Positions 36,963 to 45,877 of a stretch of 64,000 nt of DNA are shown here, one piece after another. The stretch lies in IMG/VR virus record IMGVR_UViG_2775506814_000001, positions 3,716 through 67,715 of that record, one strand, 5' to 3'. The translations under genes were made by a program, and so were the position numbers. The first letter of the stretch is position 1. Every line of letters begins with the position of its first letter. Under the pieces are notes generated by a model, which made no database searches, had not been told where the DNA came from, and saw nothing but the letters and a program-made list of their open reading frames with translations. The stretch comes from a virus. Taxonomy: Duplodnaviria > Caudoviricetes.

Positions 36963-37229
36963 ATGTCGACGGCTAGCGTTGAGACCACGGCATCGGAGAA
37001 CTGGCCTGTAGGGCTCACAGCTATCTTGCTTGACCCGTGGTTCAGGAACCCTGTGAAAATCAGGATCCGGCGCCATCCGAATGCCGATCACATCGTCGGC
37101 GAGGATGCAAGAGGGGTCGTCTATTACGCGAGAACCGACAGACTGAGGGAATGCGAGCAGCCGATCGTACCGCCGTGCCCGCTTGAACTGTTCCTCAGTG
37201 ATCTTCTCGCTCGCTCTCCATGTGCCTGA
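36963..37229 (+). CDS. Hypothetical protein ending in CPLELFLSDLL
   Basis: ATG 36963 directly after the methylase. Confidence 0.6.
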   Translation: MSTASVETTASENWPVGLTAILLDPWFRNPVKIRIRRHPNADHIVGEDARGVVYYARTDRLRECEQPIVPPCPLELFLSDLLARSPCA

Positions 37230-37509
37230 CCAGCCGCGCGACGTTCTTCTGCATCTCCTGGCGGTCCGCGTCATTGGCGTCTTCCAGCACGTCGCGAACC
37301 CCCTCCACGGCATCGGCGATTCGGCGCAGCTGCTGGACCAACTCGTGCTCATTGAAGGCAGGTCCGACCACCGCATCGACTGGAACTGTCCTGCCCTTCG
37401 TGCGCACATAGACGCCGATGCCACTCAGAACGGCGACCAGGGCGAAGAGGATATTGGCGATGTCTTCAGGACTGAGTTGCTTGTCGAACATTCCGGGCCT
37501 GTAGATCAA
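37195..37509 (-). CDS. Membrane protein (single TM plus coiled coil)
   Basis: IANILFALVAVLSGIGVY. Confidence 0.65.
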   Translation of the reverse strand: MIYRPGMFDKQLSPEDIANILFALVAVLSGIGVYVRTKGRTVPVDAVVGPAFNEHELVQQLRRIADAVEGVRDVLEDANDADRQEMQKNVARLVRHMESEREDH

Positions 37510-37933
37510 CGATTTTTGCGTAGCGAATGGTCATCACGAATATAACGCATTCGAAGAAGAAGTGTGTCGGGTAGATTGCAAAAGCCGTTGAAATATAACC
37601 AGAGCTTACAAATCCGAGAATGATTTGCAGCAGCACAAACCCGCTGACCAGGGAGCACACCGCGCGCAAGTGCGGCGAGCGCCTGAAGAGCCCATTGACG
37701 ATCAGCACCATGAACCGCAGGCCACCAACACTCATGCAGAGAACTGCCCATCCGATGGGGTTGCCCCAGATGCGCATGAAGTTTGGGCACGTTTCGCTCT
37801 CGGAAATGATCTCTGGCCGGATATAGATCATGAGGCCGAACAGAAACAGCGAGACGGAGTGCTCCCATTCGATCATCCGCGACAGGAAGACGATCGGAAA
37901 GTTGCGATGAAAATGGGTAATCACAAGTCTCAA
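37466..37933 (-). CDS. Multi-TM membrane protein
   Basis: R.IEW...W...C..VG.LR...L.VNG..RRSPHLRA pattern. Confidence 0.7.
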   Translation of the reverse strand: MRLVITHFHRNFPIVFLSRMIEWEHSVSLFLFGLMIYIRPEIISESETCPNFMRIWGNPIGWAVLCMSVGGLRFMVLIVNGLFRRSPHLRAVCSLVSGFVLLQIILGFVSSGYISTAFAIYPTHFFFECVIFVMTIRYAKIVDLQARNVRQATQS

Positions 37934-37943
37934 GACATCAACC

Positions 37944-38288
37944 TTATGGTGTGTCGGCCAACTTGGCGTGGCTTATGACCGTTGTCTCGCCAATCGTTAC
38001 GGACTGTGTTTCCACGGTGAGGCCGATCCGCTCGCCGTGAACGCGCCAGTAATCGTCGGCCCACTGGCGCCAGTTCGCCACGTTGTCGCCGCTGTTGCGG
38101 TCGAAGGTCGGCGACATGATTTCGACCTCGGCGCGGTCGAAGCTCATGACGAGCCCCTTTTCCGCCTCGCTCGTCACCGTCTCGATGACTGCCGGCGTGT
38201 CGGCACGCCGTCTGCTCTTGCCATAGCCACGATACTCGGGCGGCCGTTCGTCGCGCTGTGGCGATGTGCGGATATGCTTGATAGGCAT
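37944..38288 (-). CDS. Hypothetical protein
   Basis: Downstream of the tailspike gene. Confidence 0.55.
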   Translation of the reverse strand: MPIKHIRTSPQRDERPPEYRGYGKSRRRADTPAVIETVTSEAEKGLVMSFDRAEVEIMSPTFDRNSGDNVANWRQWADDYWRVHGERIGLTVETQSVTIGETTVISHAKLADTP

Positions 38289-38292
38289 CGAA

Positions 38293-40167
38293 TCACACCT
38301 GTTCGAACCAGCCGGCAACAGACAATCGGTTGCCGGTCGCAATGACGCCGGCAGCGTCATTGTCGTTGATAGCGAGAGTTATCGCCGTCGCCGCATTGAA
38401 AGCGGAGATCGACTTGCCGGACCCCGTGACGAGACGGCCGAAAATCTGGGTATAGGTCTTCAGCGTGACACCCGACGGCAGGGTGATGACGAGGAGATTG
38501 CTCGCAGTACCCGCGTCGGTGATCGTGATGTCGACATTCAGCCAGACCTGCTTGCCGCGCACACGATACTGTGCGGTATTGATCGTGTAGCTGCCGAGAG
38601 CGCCGACCGTTGCTGAAACGCCGGGCGTGTAGGTATCGGGAGGCGTTATCGGCCCAAATCTGATGTCCCGGACAGTGCCGATGTCAGTGGATACGTTCTT
38701 GAGCGTTCCGACGTTGGGCGGGTTGACCTCCATGTTAACATCAATCGGGCCGCTCGGCACGACGCCATACCCATAGGGGTTTGGTCCGTTGTACGCCCGC
38801 AGCACGGTGCCAGTGCCATCCGCAACCCCAGTCATCCCGCCTCTGCCGTCGAGCTTGACACGCTGGCAGGATACTAGGTCGATGAGCACCTTGTTGGCGC
38901 TGCGACAGTTGAGGTCCAGTGCGTCACCGACAAGCCCCTTCACATAGGCGAGGTAGAGTGGCCCCTCGATTACATTCGCGTGCAGATCGTGAATGCGCAG
39001 CGACAGGATCAGCTTGGCGACGAGCGGCGTGTTCTCGGCGCGGATGGCCCAGTTACACCCGACTACGGTAATGTCGCGATAGTTGAAGCCTTCCGCTCCC
39101 CATTCGCGCAGATCAACGTCATCGACGGTGCCGGAGCCGAGCGGGCCGACACAGGCATTGCCAACGCCGATTGTGCCCGTCCAGATTTCCACGGCAAAGA
39201 TGGATGACGAGACGTTACCCACGACGATACCGGTCGCGACGGGGCTGCCACCACTGTTAAAGACCACCGGCTCACCGGCATTGATCGCACCCGTCAGACC
39301 TGTGACCGAAACAAGCTGCACCTCGTAGGGCGCAATCCGAGAGGCTTTATCGCAATAGTCGGCGTTGAGCCCGTCCAGGCGATTGTCGAGGCAGAAGCCG
39401 GAGTATTCGAGCGCAACGCCCGTCCGGCCGCTGCGATGGTTGCTGACCCGGATATTGGACACAAGGCCGCCCTGGCCGTGGTGGATCTTGATCGGCAGCG
39501 CGAAGGAGCTGGCCGAATTCTCCACCGTGAAGATCATGTTGTAGAAATCGTAGAACTTGTGCAGCGAATAGGGGAGGAGGTTTGATGTCAGAAGGTTCCC
39601 GATCGCACCCGCCACTTTGGAATGATGGTTGATGTCGCCGATGGCTGTGTGGTGAAAACGGTCGACGTTGACATTGGTGTAGGTCGGCTTAAAACCGCTC
39701 GTCACCCCTGTCCAGTTGATCCGCGTCGCGCCTGCACTGCCCCCATTGATCAGCAGGCTTCGGTCAGACCAGCTGATCTCCTTGTCAAAGGTGTATTCGC
39801 CTCCACGGGTTCTGATTTCCCGGATGTCCGGGTTTGCTGCCAATGCCGCAATGAAGTCATCCGCTGTGATCGTGGCCGGGTCGCTCTTCTCAACCAATCC
39901 TTCAAGCGTGATGATCTGACGATTTAGATTGACATAGGCCGCCGCGGCGAGAGCTTCTTCCTTCGCTGCGACCGTCTGTTCCAGGATGCCGCCAGTCGCA
40001 GTATTGATCTCGTCGTCTTTGTCCTTGAGAAACTTCCGGATCGACGGAACCAACGACGCGTCACTAGCCTCGAAGGTCGCCGTATCGTCACCGTTCGCGA
40101 ACACGTCGAAGCGGTCCTCGTTGGCCTTGAACCGCGTGATTCCTTGATCGAGTGGAAGTGCGCTCAT
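38293..40167 (-). CDS. Tailspike / tail fibre (receptor-binding protein)
   Basis: N-terminal anchor (FANGDD...VPSIRK), beta-helix body, C-terminal YTP...YRVRGKQVW beta-sandwich. Confidence 0.8.
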   Translation of the reverse strand: MSALPLDQGITRFKANEDRFDVFANGDDTATFEASDASLVPSIRKFLKDKDDEINTATGGILEQTVAAKEEALAAAAYVNLNRQIITLEGLVEKSDPATITADDFIAALAANPDIREIRTRGGEYTFDKEISWSDRSLLINGGSAGATRINWTGVTSGFKPTYTNVNVDRFHHTAIGDINHHSKVAGAIGNLLTSNLLPYSLHKFYDFYNMIFTVENSASSFALPIKIHHGQGGLVSNIRVSNHRSGRTGVALEYSGFCLDNRLDGLNADYCDKASRIAPYEVQLVSVTGLTGAINAGEPVVFNSGGSPVATGIVVGNVSSSIFAVEIWTGTIGVGNACVGPLGSGTVDDVDLREWGAEGFNYRDITVVGCNWAIRAENTPLVAKLILSLRIHDLHANVIEGPLYLAYVKGLVGDALDLNCRSANKVLIDLVSCQRVKLDGRGGMTGVADGTGTVLRAYNGPNPYGYGVVPSGPIDVNMEVNPPNVGTLKNVSTDIGTVRDIRFGPITPPDTYTPGVSATVGALGSYTINTAQYRVRGKQVWLNVDITITDAGTASNLLVITLPSGVTLKTYTQIFGRLVTGSGKSISAFNAATAITLAINDNDAAGVIATGNRLSVAGWFEQV

Positions 40168-40177
40168 GGAATCTCCG

Positions 40178-41110
40178 TCACGGGTAGGTTAGCGGAGCGC
40201 CATAGTCGGCGCCCGGCATATATGTGTTGATGATGGTGTCGAGAAGATCTTCCGCGATCTGGAACTCGTCGAGATCGACGCCGCCAAGCTCGATGATGTA
40301 GTTTTCATCGAGGGTCAGGCCGGACTCCGCGATCTTTGTATAGATGATCGAGTCGACGGACGGAGATTTGCGCCTGATATCTACGTTGAGATTGATCTGT
40401 TGCCACTGATCGGACTTCAGGTCATATTGGCCAGACGGCGTGACCGCGACATATGGGAAGTAATACTGGTAGTCGTGGCCGTAGGCGTTCTTCGAGATGA
40501 AGCGCATGGCGCCGACAACCTCGGTAACGCTGGCAATAGCTTTTTCGGCCGGAGAGTCACGCCATTCGAATGTCGCGCTGATCTCATCCCCGTCGACGAT
40601 GTCCGCCGCGGCTTCGAGCACAAAGAGCCTTCCGTCCGTGAGGTCCACTGATAAGTTCGTTTCGAGGTCGAACGCCGACCCGTTCAGCAACAACGTCAGG
40701 TTCGGCCCGTTGACGTGACGCACACCCTGCGGAAAGACCGACGAGCCGAGCTGATAGAACCGCCCCGGTCGAACCATGAACGTCTCGGTGACCGTACCTT
40801 GCCCACTTTGACCGCCAACGCCGTCCGCACTGGCAAGCCACATGGCGATATTTGGGGTGACGATGTTGTCGATCGCGACCGTGGCCGATGCGATCTCAGT
40901 CTGTGCCAGGCTGTCCCTCTGGACGATTTGACCGCGAAAGGAGCGCTTTCTCGAAACGGCATCGACGGATCGTGAAATGGCGAAACCGGGAGTGTTGCCG
41001 AGGTAGCGCTCGCCCTCGCCAATGCGCGTGCCGGGTCGGAACCGGTCGAAATAGACCTCCCCTCGACCAACGACCAATGCGCTGTTCTCGGTCACGAAAA
41101 CACCTTTCAA
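40178..41110 (-). CDS. Major-tail-protein paralogue
   Basis: VVGRGEVYF.RF..GT...EGERYLGNTP.F, YDLK.DQWQQI match 51720-52517. Confidence 0.8.
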   Translation of the reverse strand: MKGVFVTENSALVVGRGEVYFDRFRPGTRIGEGERYLGNTPGFAISRSVDAVSRKRSFRGQIVQRDSLAQTEIASATVAIDNIVTPNIAMWLASADGVGGQSGQGTVTETFMVRPGRFYQLGSSVFPQGVRHVNGPNLTLLLNGSAFDLETNLSVDLTDGRLFVLEAAADIVDGDEISATFEWRDSPAEKAIASVTEVVGAMRFISKNAYGHDYQYYFPYVAVTPSGQYDLKSDQWQQINLNVDIRRKSPSVDSIIYTKIAESGLTLDENYIIELGGVDLDEFQIAEDLLDTIINTYMPGADYGAPLTYP

Positions 41111-41177
41111 TCAACATTTGGTTGATATTAGACCTACTATCGGTTGGTGTATACCATATTTTGTTGATTAATGAAGG

Positions 41178-43409
41178 TCAAAAGGACCGTGTCAGCGGGA
41201 ACTCGTGCTTGAAGAGCGCCGAAACCGTGTTGCGATAGGCAAAGAGTCTCACGGTCATGTCGCCGACGAGTGAGGAATAGACCCCAGTAAAGACGCGGCT
41301 GTTTCCCGTGATGCCTGTATATTGAACGATGAGGTTGTCATCAGAGTCAAAGAACTGGAGGGTATAGGTGACACCATCTTCAGGCGTTACATCACCGTCT
41401 TCATGAGAAATGATCTGGTCGTCTTGAACAATCCGGTTCCGGTGCGTCCATGAAATCTCGAAGTTTCCGACCACACTGGCGCCGTCATAAGCTGGTGTAT
41501 TGAGACTGCTGCCATGCAGAACACGCACACGCCCAGGCGGATAAGGGCGGAATTGCCGCTGTGCCATGGTCACGGCCTGCTCGCTCGCCAATGAGGCATC
41601 GAGCACGGCGGCGGATGTCAATGGAAGGATTTTGGTCGTGACCGTTTCACCGGTCACATACTCCCGCCTGTCATTGCCAAGCGAGTTGTAGGTGAAGAAA
41701 CATGACGTGTTGTCCGCATGCGAGGACGGCACGGTATCGATGCAGCCGCGACTGATCGTCATCGAGCCGGATGCGCCATCCGCATTGACCTCGATATCAT
41801 CGACGCGCGCCAACTCGTCGTCGATCTGGACCAGCGTCCCGATTTCGATGAGGCCACCGTCGAGCAGCCCGTCGAAGGCAACGTCGGTGTCGTAGTGTCC
41901 GATAGCTCCGGCCAGCCGGCAAGTCGGGGCGAACGTGCCACCGCCACTCTGGACATAGGCTTCGGTTCCGGCCTTACTGAGAATGTCATAGCCAAGACAC
42001 ATGGGTGTCGGCCTGCCTGCAAATATGGCGATCGCCCCATCGTCCGGCTCAACATAGTCGAGTTCGGCCCGCGACATGGATTGAACGAGTTCCTGGTAGG
42101 TCCCCTCCCGCACATAGACGCGTGACGCTGGCGCGGGGGCAGCGTCGGGCTTCTGCCAGGCGGACGGTTCCTGCTCAATGAACGACGTGCTTGGCAGTCC
42201 GAACACGTCGAGCACCGCTTCCACCGTGATCACCCCATCCTCAAGCTTGCCGTAGTCGATCTTGCCAGCCCGGAGAATGGCGTGCTCGATCCCTGAATCA
42301 GGATCGGAAATCCGGAATGCGGCATAGGGGTATATGCGGGATGCCCGGCGATCCAGACGCACTGTGAACTTCGCATTTTGGGTTGACGCCGCCTTCAGGT
42401 CGCGCTGCGCCACGGCAGCCGCGAGCCCGAAAACAGGGATGCCGGAATAGGTGACAGGACTGGAGTTCACGCCTTGCGACGACTGGATGACGCCGAGGTT
42501 CTGCGCCCTGACTTCCCGGTCCTCATTGACGATAACCTCTCTGTATTTGACGATGACCTCGCCAACGGCCTTCGCCATGGACCCGTACTCGGGCGCTTCG
42601 ACACTCAGCAGGCCGCTGTTCTTCGTGAACAGCGGGAGTTCTGACACAACATAGTCGTTGCGCAGCAACTTGAGTTCGAGCAGGCCCGTCTGACGGTCGG
42701 TGTAGATGGTGCCGCCGATATGGCGCAACACGTCGCCGACGAAGTCCTGCAGTTCCCCGCTCTTCCGGTTCCACTTCATGCAGAGACCGAAGCCCTCATT
42801 GTAGAGGGTCTGAGCCACCGCCAGCCAGTCGGCGTCATTGATCCGATTCCGGTCGTAGCCGCGGCCCCAGTCGCGATTGGTCGTGCATTCGTAGAGGATG
42901 TGGGCGGGGTTCATTCCCTTGATCATCGTGCCGGTCGAGCTGACGAGCGGAATGGCGACCAGCTCCGGGTGCCAGACAGGGCCGTCCCATCCCTTGGTCA
43001 GCCTGCGCAGCCGGAAGGTCCACTTCTTGGGATATGGGTTGAGACTGCAGACCAACCCGTCGAAGATCATCGTCACGACGCCGCGGAAGTCCGGCACGTC
43101 GCCGCCGAGCAGGTTCTTGAACCATGTCGGGTAGATCTGGATGGGGAGTCCCATGGCGATTGTCAGCGAGCCCTGGATACCGCCTTCGGACCGGTCGCCG
43201 CCGAAAAGGTTTGGTGCATCGATCGATGTCAACCGATCCTCGGTCGCCGTGGTATCGTAGAACGCCGTCTCGCCTTCACGAACAGGCCACGCCGTCTTGT
43301 CACCCACCTTGATTTCAAGAATCTCGTCCACCGGACCGCGCCCGAGGCCCATTTGCATCGTCATGTAGTAGCGATAGCCGACTGTAACGGAGCCCGCGCC
43401 CTTACCCAT
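41178..43409 (-). CDS. Tail tip / central fibre protein
   Basis: GYRYYM...GPVD.I.EI.VG, NPAHILYEC, RGC.DT.P..H. Confidence 0.88.
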   Translation of the reverse strand: MGKGAGSVTVGYRYYMTMQMGLGRGPVDEILEIKVGDKTAWPVREGETAFYDTTATEDRLTSIDAPNLFGGDRSEGGIQGSLTIAMGLPIQIYPTWFKNLLGGDVPDFRGVVTMIFDGLVCSLNPYPKKWTFRLRRLTKGWDGPVWHPELVAIPLVSSTGTMIKGMNPAHILYECTTNRDWGRGYDRNRINDADWLAVAQTLYNEGFGLCMKWNRKSGELQDFVGDVLRHIGGTIYTDRQTGLLELKLLRNDYVVSELPLFTKNSGLLSVEAPEYGSMAKAVGEVIVKYREVIVNEDREVRAQNLGVIQSSQGVNSSPVTYSGIPVFGLAAAVAQRDLKAASTQNAKFTVRLDRRASRIYPYAAFRISDPDSGIEHAILRAGKIDYGKLEDGVITVEAVLDVFGLPSTSFIEQEPSAWQKPDAAPAPASRVYVREGTYQELVQSMSRAELDYVEPDDGAIAIFAGRPTPMCLGYDILSKAGTEAYVQSGGGTFAPTCRLAGAIGHYDTDVAFDGLLDGGLIEIGTLVQIDDELARVDDIEVNADGASGSMTISRGCIDTVPSSHADNTSCFFTYNSLGNDRREYVTGETVTTKILPLTSAAVLDASLASEQAVTMAQRQFRPYPPGRVRVLHGSSLNTPAYDGASVVGNFEISWTHRNRIVQDDQIISHEDGDVTPEDGVTYTLQFFDSDDNLIVQYTGITGNSRVFTGVYSSLVGDMTVRLFAYRNTVSALFKHEFPLTRSF

Positions 43410-43608
43410 TGAGATGTTCCTCTCTCGCGATGCCGCAAACCTTCAGTGCGAGCGGATCGCCTGTCGCTTCCAGTGTCTCGGCCGCGATCCCCTCGGACAG
43501 GAATTTGGACCAGTCGAGCCCATTGGCTGCAAACCATGCGCGAGCCCCCCTCGAACACAGGGTGGCCTGACGGATATGGGACATGCGGACCGTCACCACG
43601 TTCGTCAT
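43402..43608 (-). CDS. Tail assembly protein
   Basis: CSRGARAWF...GLDW..FL..GI. Confidence 0.8.
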   Translation of the reverse strand: MTNVVTVRMSHIRQATLCSRGARAWFAANGLDWSKFLSEGIAAETLEATGDPLALKVCGIAREEHLNG

Positions 43609-43844
43609 TTCTTGCCCCCACTGCTCTTGATCGGCGAGTTACGCAAGTTTCCATACCAGAGGACGAAGAAGTCGTCGGCCCACTCTTCGCCGAAGTAGAC
43701 GGTCTGCGGGGTGCCCTCGTCGAACTGCGGGAAATCAAAGTCGGCCAATGTCGCGGGCGGTTGTGACTGTTGCTTCGGCGTGGTGAGGACCTGGAGCACC
43801 GCGGACGTGAGCAACAGGACAATTCCCCAGATGAACTGTTCCAT
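43605..43844 (-). CDS. Tail assembly protein
   Basis: DFDFP...EGTPQ.VYFG...WYGN. Confidence 0.8.
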   Translation of the reverse strand: MEQFIWGIVLLLTSAVLQVLTTPKQQSQPPATLADFDFPQFDEGTPQTVYFGEEWADDFFVLWYGNLRNSPIKSSGGKK

Positions 43845-43856
43845 GTCAGCGCTCCT

Positions 43857-44672
43857 TCAAAACACGGGATCGCCGGAAAACGGAGACTTGCCCGGAAGAT
43901 GGGGAAAGCCGCCATAATTCGGCAAGTTTGCGAACTTGTTCCTGCAGTGGTCTCTGGTTCTGGCGCAGCCGGGATAGACGGTGATCCAGTCCCCCACGCT
44001 CAGGCCGGTCGCCGTTCCGAGGATGGCGAACGTTGGCCCAATGTGGCCGTCAATACCCCGGCGATCGAGGGCGCCGTCAAACCGTGCCCACTCGAAGAAC
44101 CCGCCCGCGAACCACCCGTCCGGGTAGGTCGCGAGCACGTCGCTGATGACGGTTGCTCCGGCAATGGCGTCGACCTCCAGGGAAACGCCAAACGCGCTCT
44201 TGGAGACCGTGCAGTTTCGATCATAGAGCGAATGCGGGCACTGGCGTCCCCAGGTGAGGCGTAGCCCAGGCGTCTTGTAGCCGGCTGTCAGCGGCAGCCC
44301 CGACAACTCGACAGTGATGCTGTCAACCGCCTTGCGCGAGACGATGCGATAGATACCCTCGATCGGCGCATCCGTGTCGCCGTAGTGGTGCTTGCGGACC
44401 TGCACCCAAATGTCCTCGCTCGGAGGCGCGCCGTTCATCATGGCCGCAATCACATTGGTCTTCGGAACCCTGATCGTGATGGTGTCAGTCGACGCATCCT
44501 CGGATTGGGCGAAGCCGTCGTCGGAAATCGCTTCCGCGACATAGGTGTTGCCGCCAACGGACACATCTTCTTCAGCTCTCGCGTAATACCAGTGCGCGGT
44601 CCCGTGGATGAACTCGTAGAGGATGACTGGCCGGCCGCCATAGTTGGAATTTTCGATAACCTCGAATGTCAT
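43857..44672 (-). CDS. Baseplate hub protein (DUF2163/BR0599-like)
   Basis: CPHSLYD..C, YPGC..T...C..KF.N..NYGGFP. Confidence 0.9.
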   Translation of the reverse strand: MTFEVIENSNYGGRPVILYEFIHGTAHWYYARAEEDVSVGGNTYVAEAISDDGFAQSEDASTDTITIRVPKTNVIAAMMNGAPPSEDIWVQVRKHHYGDTDAPIEGIYRIVSRKAVDSITVELSGLPLTAGYKTPGLRLTWGRQCPHSLYDRNCTVSKSAFGVSLEVDAIAGATVISDVLATYPDGWFAGGFFEWARFDGALDRRGIDGHIGPTFAILGTATGLSVGDWITVYPGCARTRDHCRNKFANLPNYGGFPHLPGKSPFSGDPVF

Positions 44673-45877
44673 CAGAAACCCTCCTCGCCAACCCGCAGGT
44701 CCGGAGCCGCCCTGAATGTGGTTGAACTGATCGAAATGCCGGCCGTGTCCGTCTCGTGCAGGATCTCGATCCGGTCCTGGTCGAGCCGACAAAGGCTCAT
44801 GAAGCTGATGCGAAGAATGTCATCCGAAGCGAACGGCCCGATGGCTTCGGTCAACCCGACAGCTTCAACGCCTTCGTCATAGATCGACGTGGCGGCGATT
44901 TCGCGGAACATGGTCGACCCATCAACCATGAAGAAGCAGAGCGCCGAGCGGTTGGAGTCATCGGCATTCGCCAAGCCGATCTCACGGATGTAGAGCACTG
45001 TCGTCGAGGCGCTGACGGGAGCAGCCAACGTGATGTCATTGTAGAAGCTCGGCATCCAGATCGGTGTCAGGCGGCCTTGTAGATGGTAGATGAGGCCCAG
45101 GAAGGCCGCGTATTCGGCGCGACCGTTCAGCACCCAACGGCGCTTGCTCGATGGGAATGCGATGCCGGCCGTGTCGTTGAGCGCGGGCAGGGAAACCGCA
45201 TTGTTGAGTTCGTCGACAAGCCTGGCGTATGCCGTGCTGCTCTTTTCACCCTCGTCTGGCTCATCGAGCAGAACGAGGGTGTCGTTCCAGATCGGCGACA
45301 GAGCGATTGCGGGGACCAGGGGGGTAGGCTCCATCATCTCAGTCGAAATGGTCGCCGCGGATGCGGCGTCCGTAAGGCGCTCGACATCGGGTTGCTGAAG
45401 CAGGCGGGCCTTGCGGACCGGAAATACGAGAGAGCCGTCAATGACCGTGACAGGGGCCGGCGCAGCCAATGTGATCGTAGATGCACCGAGTGCCGCGATT
45501 TCCGCGAGAAACTGTGTGCCGTCATCGCCGAGCACGAACACGACTTCACCGATGGACAGCCTATTCGCAGCCAAGTCATTGCTCTGCAGGATGCTCATGC
45601 CGGCCGCCGTGTTACCGCTGACGGCATAGGCTTCATGCCAGATCGGCAGGTAGAAGGCAGCGCTTCCATGGCTCAGGAGGAAGTTGGCAAAGCGCTGACG
45701 CTCGACTCCGGACACGACGATATCGAACTCGACTTGGCGGCGCGGGTAGCGTCTGACGGCATATCGCTGCTCGGCCCCTTTGGTTGAGGCCAGAACGCCT
45801 GTCATCCACTCGAACGCCTCCTTGACCGGGTTACCCCAGTCCGCCTCGAACACGAAGATTGGAAGGTCGTCAATCAT
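44672..45877 (-). CDS. Distal tail protein
   Basis: EW.T.VL.S..GAEQR...R..PRR; follows the tape measure gene. Confidence 0.85.
   Translation of the reverse strand: MIDDLPIFVFEADWGNPVKEAFEWMTGVLASTKGAEQRYAVRRYPRRQVEFDIVVSGVERQRFANFLLSHGSAAFYLPIWHEAYAVSGNTAAGMSILQSNDLAANRLSIGEVVFVLGDDGTQFLAEIAALGASTITLAAPAPVTVIDGSLVFPVRKARLLQQPDVERLTDAASAATISTEMMEPTPLVPAIALSPIWNDTLVLLDEPDEGEKSSTAYARLVDELNNAVSLPALNDTAGIAFPSSKRRWVLNGRAEYAAFLGLIYHLQGRLTPIWMPSFYNDITLAAPVSASTTVLYIREIGLANADDSNRSALCFFMVDGSTMFREIAATSIYDEGVEAVGLTEAIGPFASDDILRISFMSLCRLDQDRIEILHETDTAGISISSTTFRAAPDLRVGEEGF

Noticed and set aside
38293-40167. Diversity-generating retroelement or invertible tail-fibre cassette
   Set aside because: No reverse transcriptase, no template/variable repeat pair seen, and the serine recombinase is 15 kb away.
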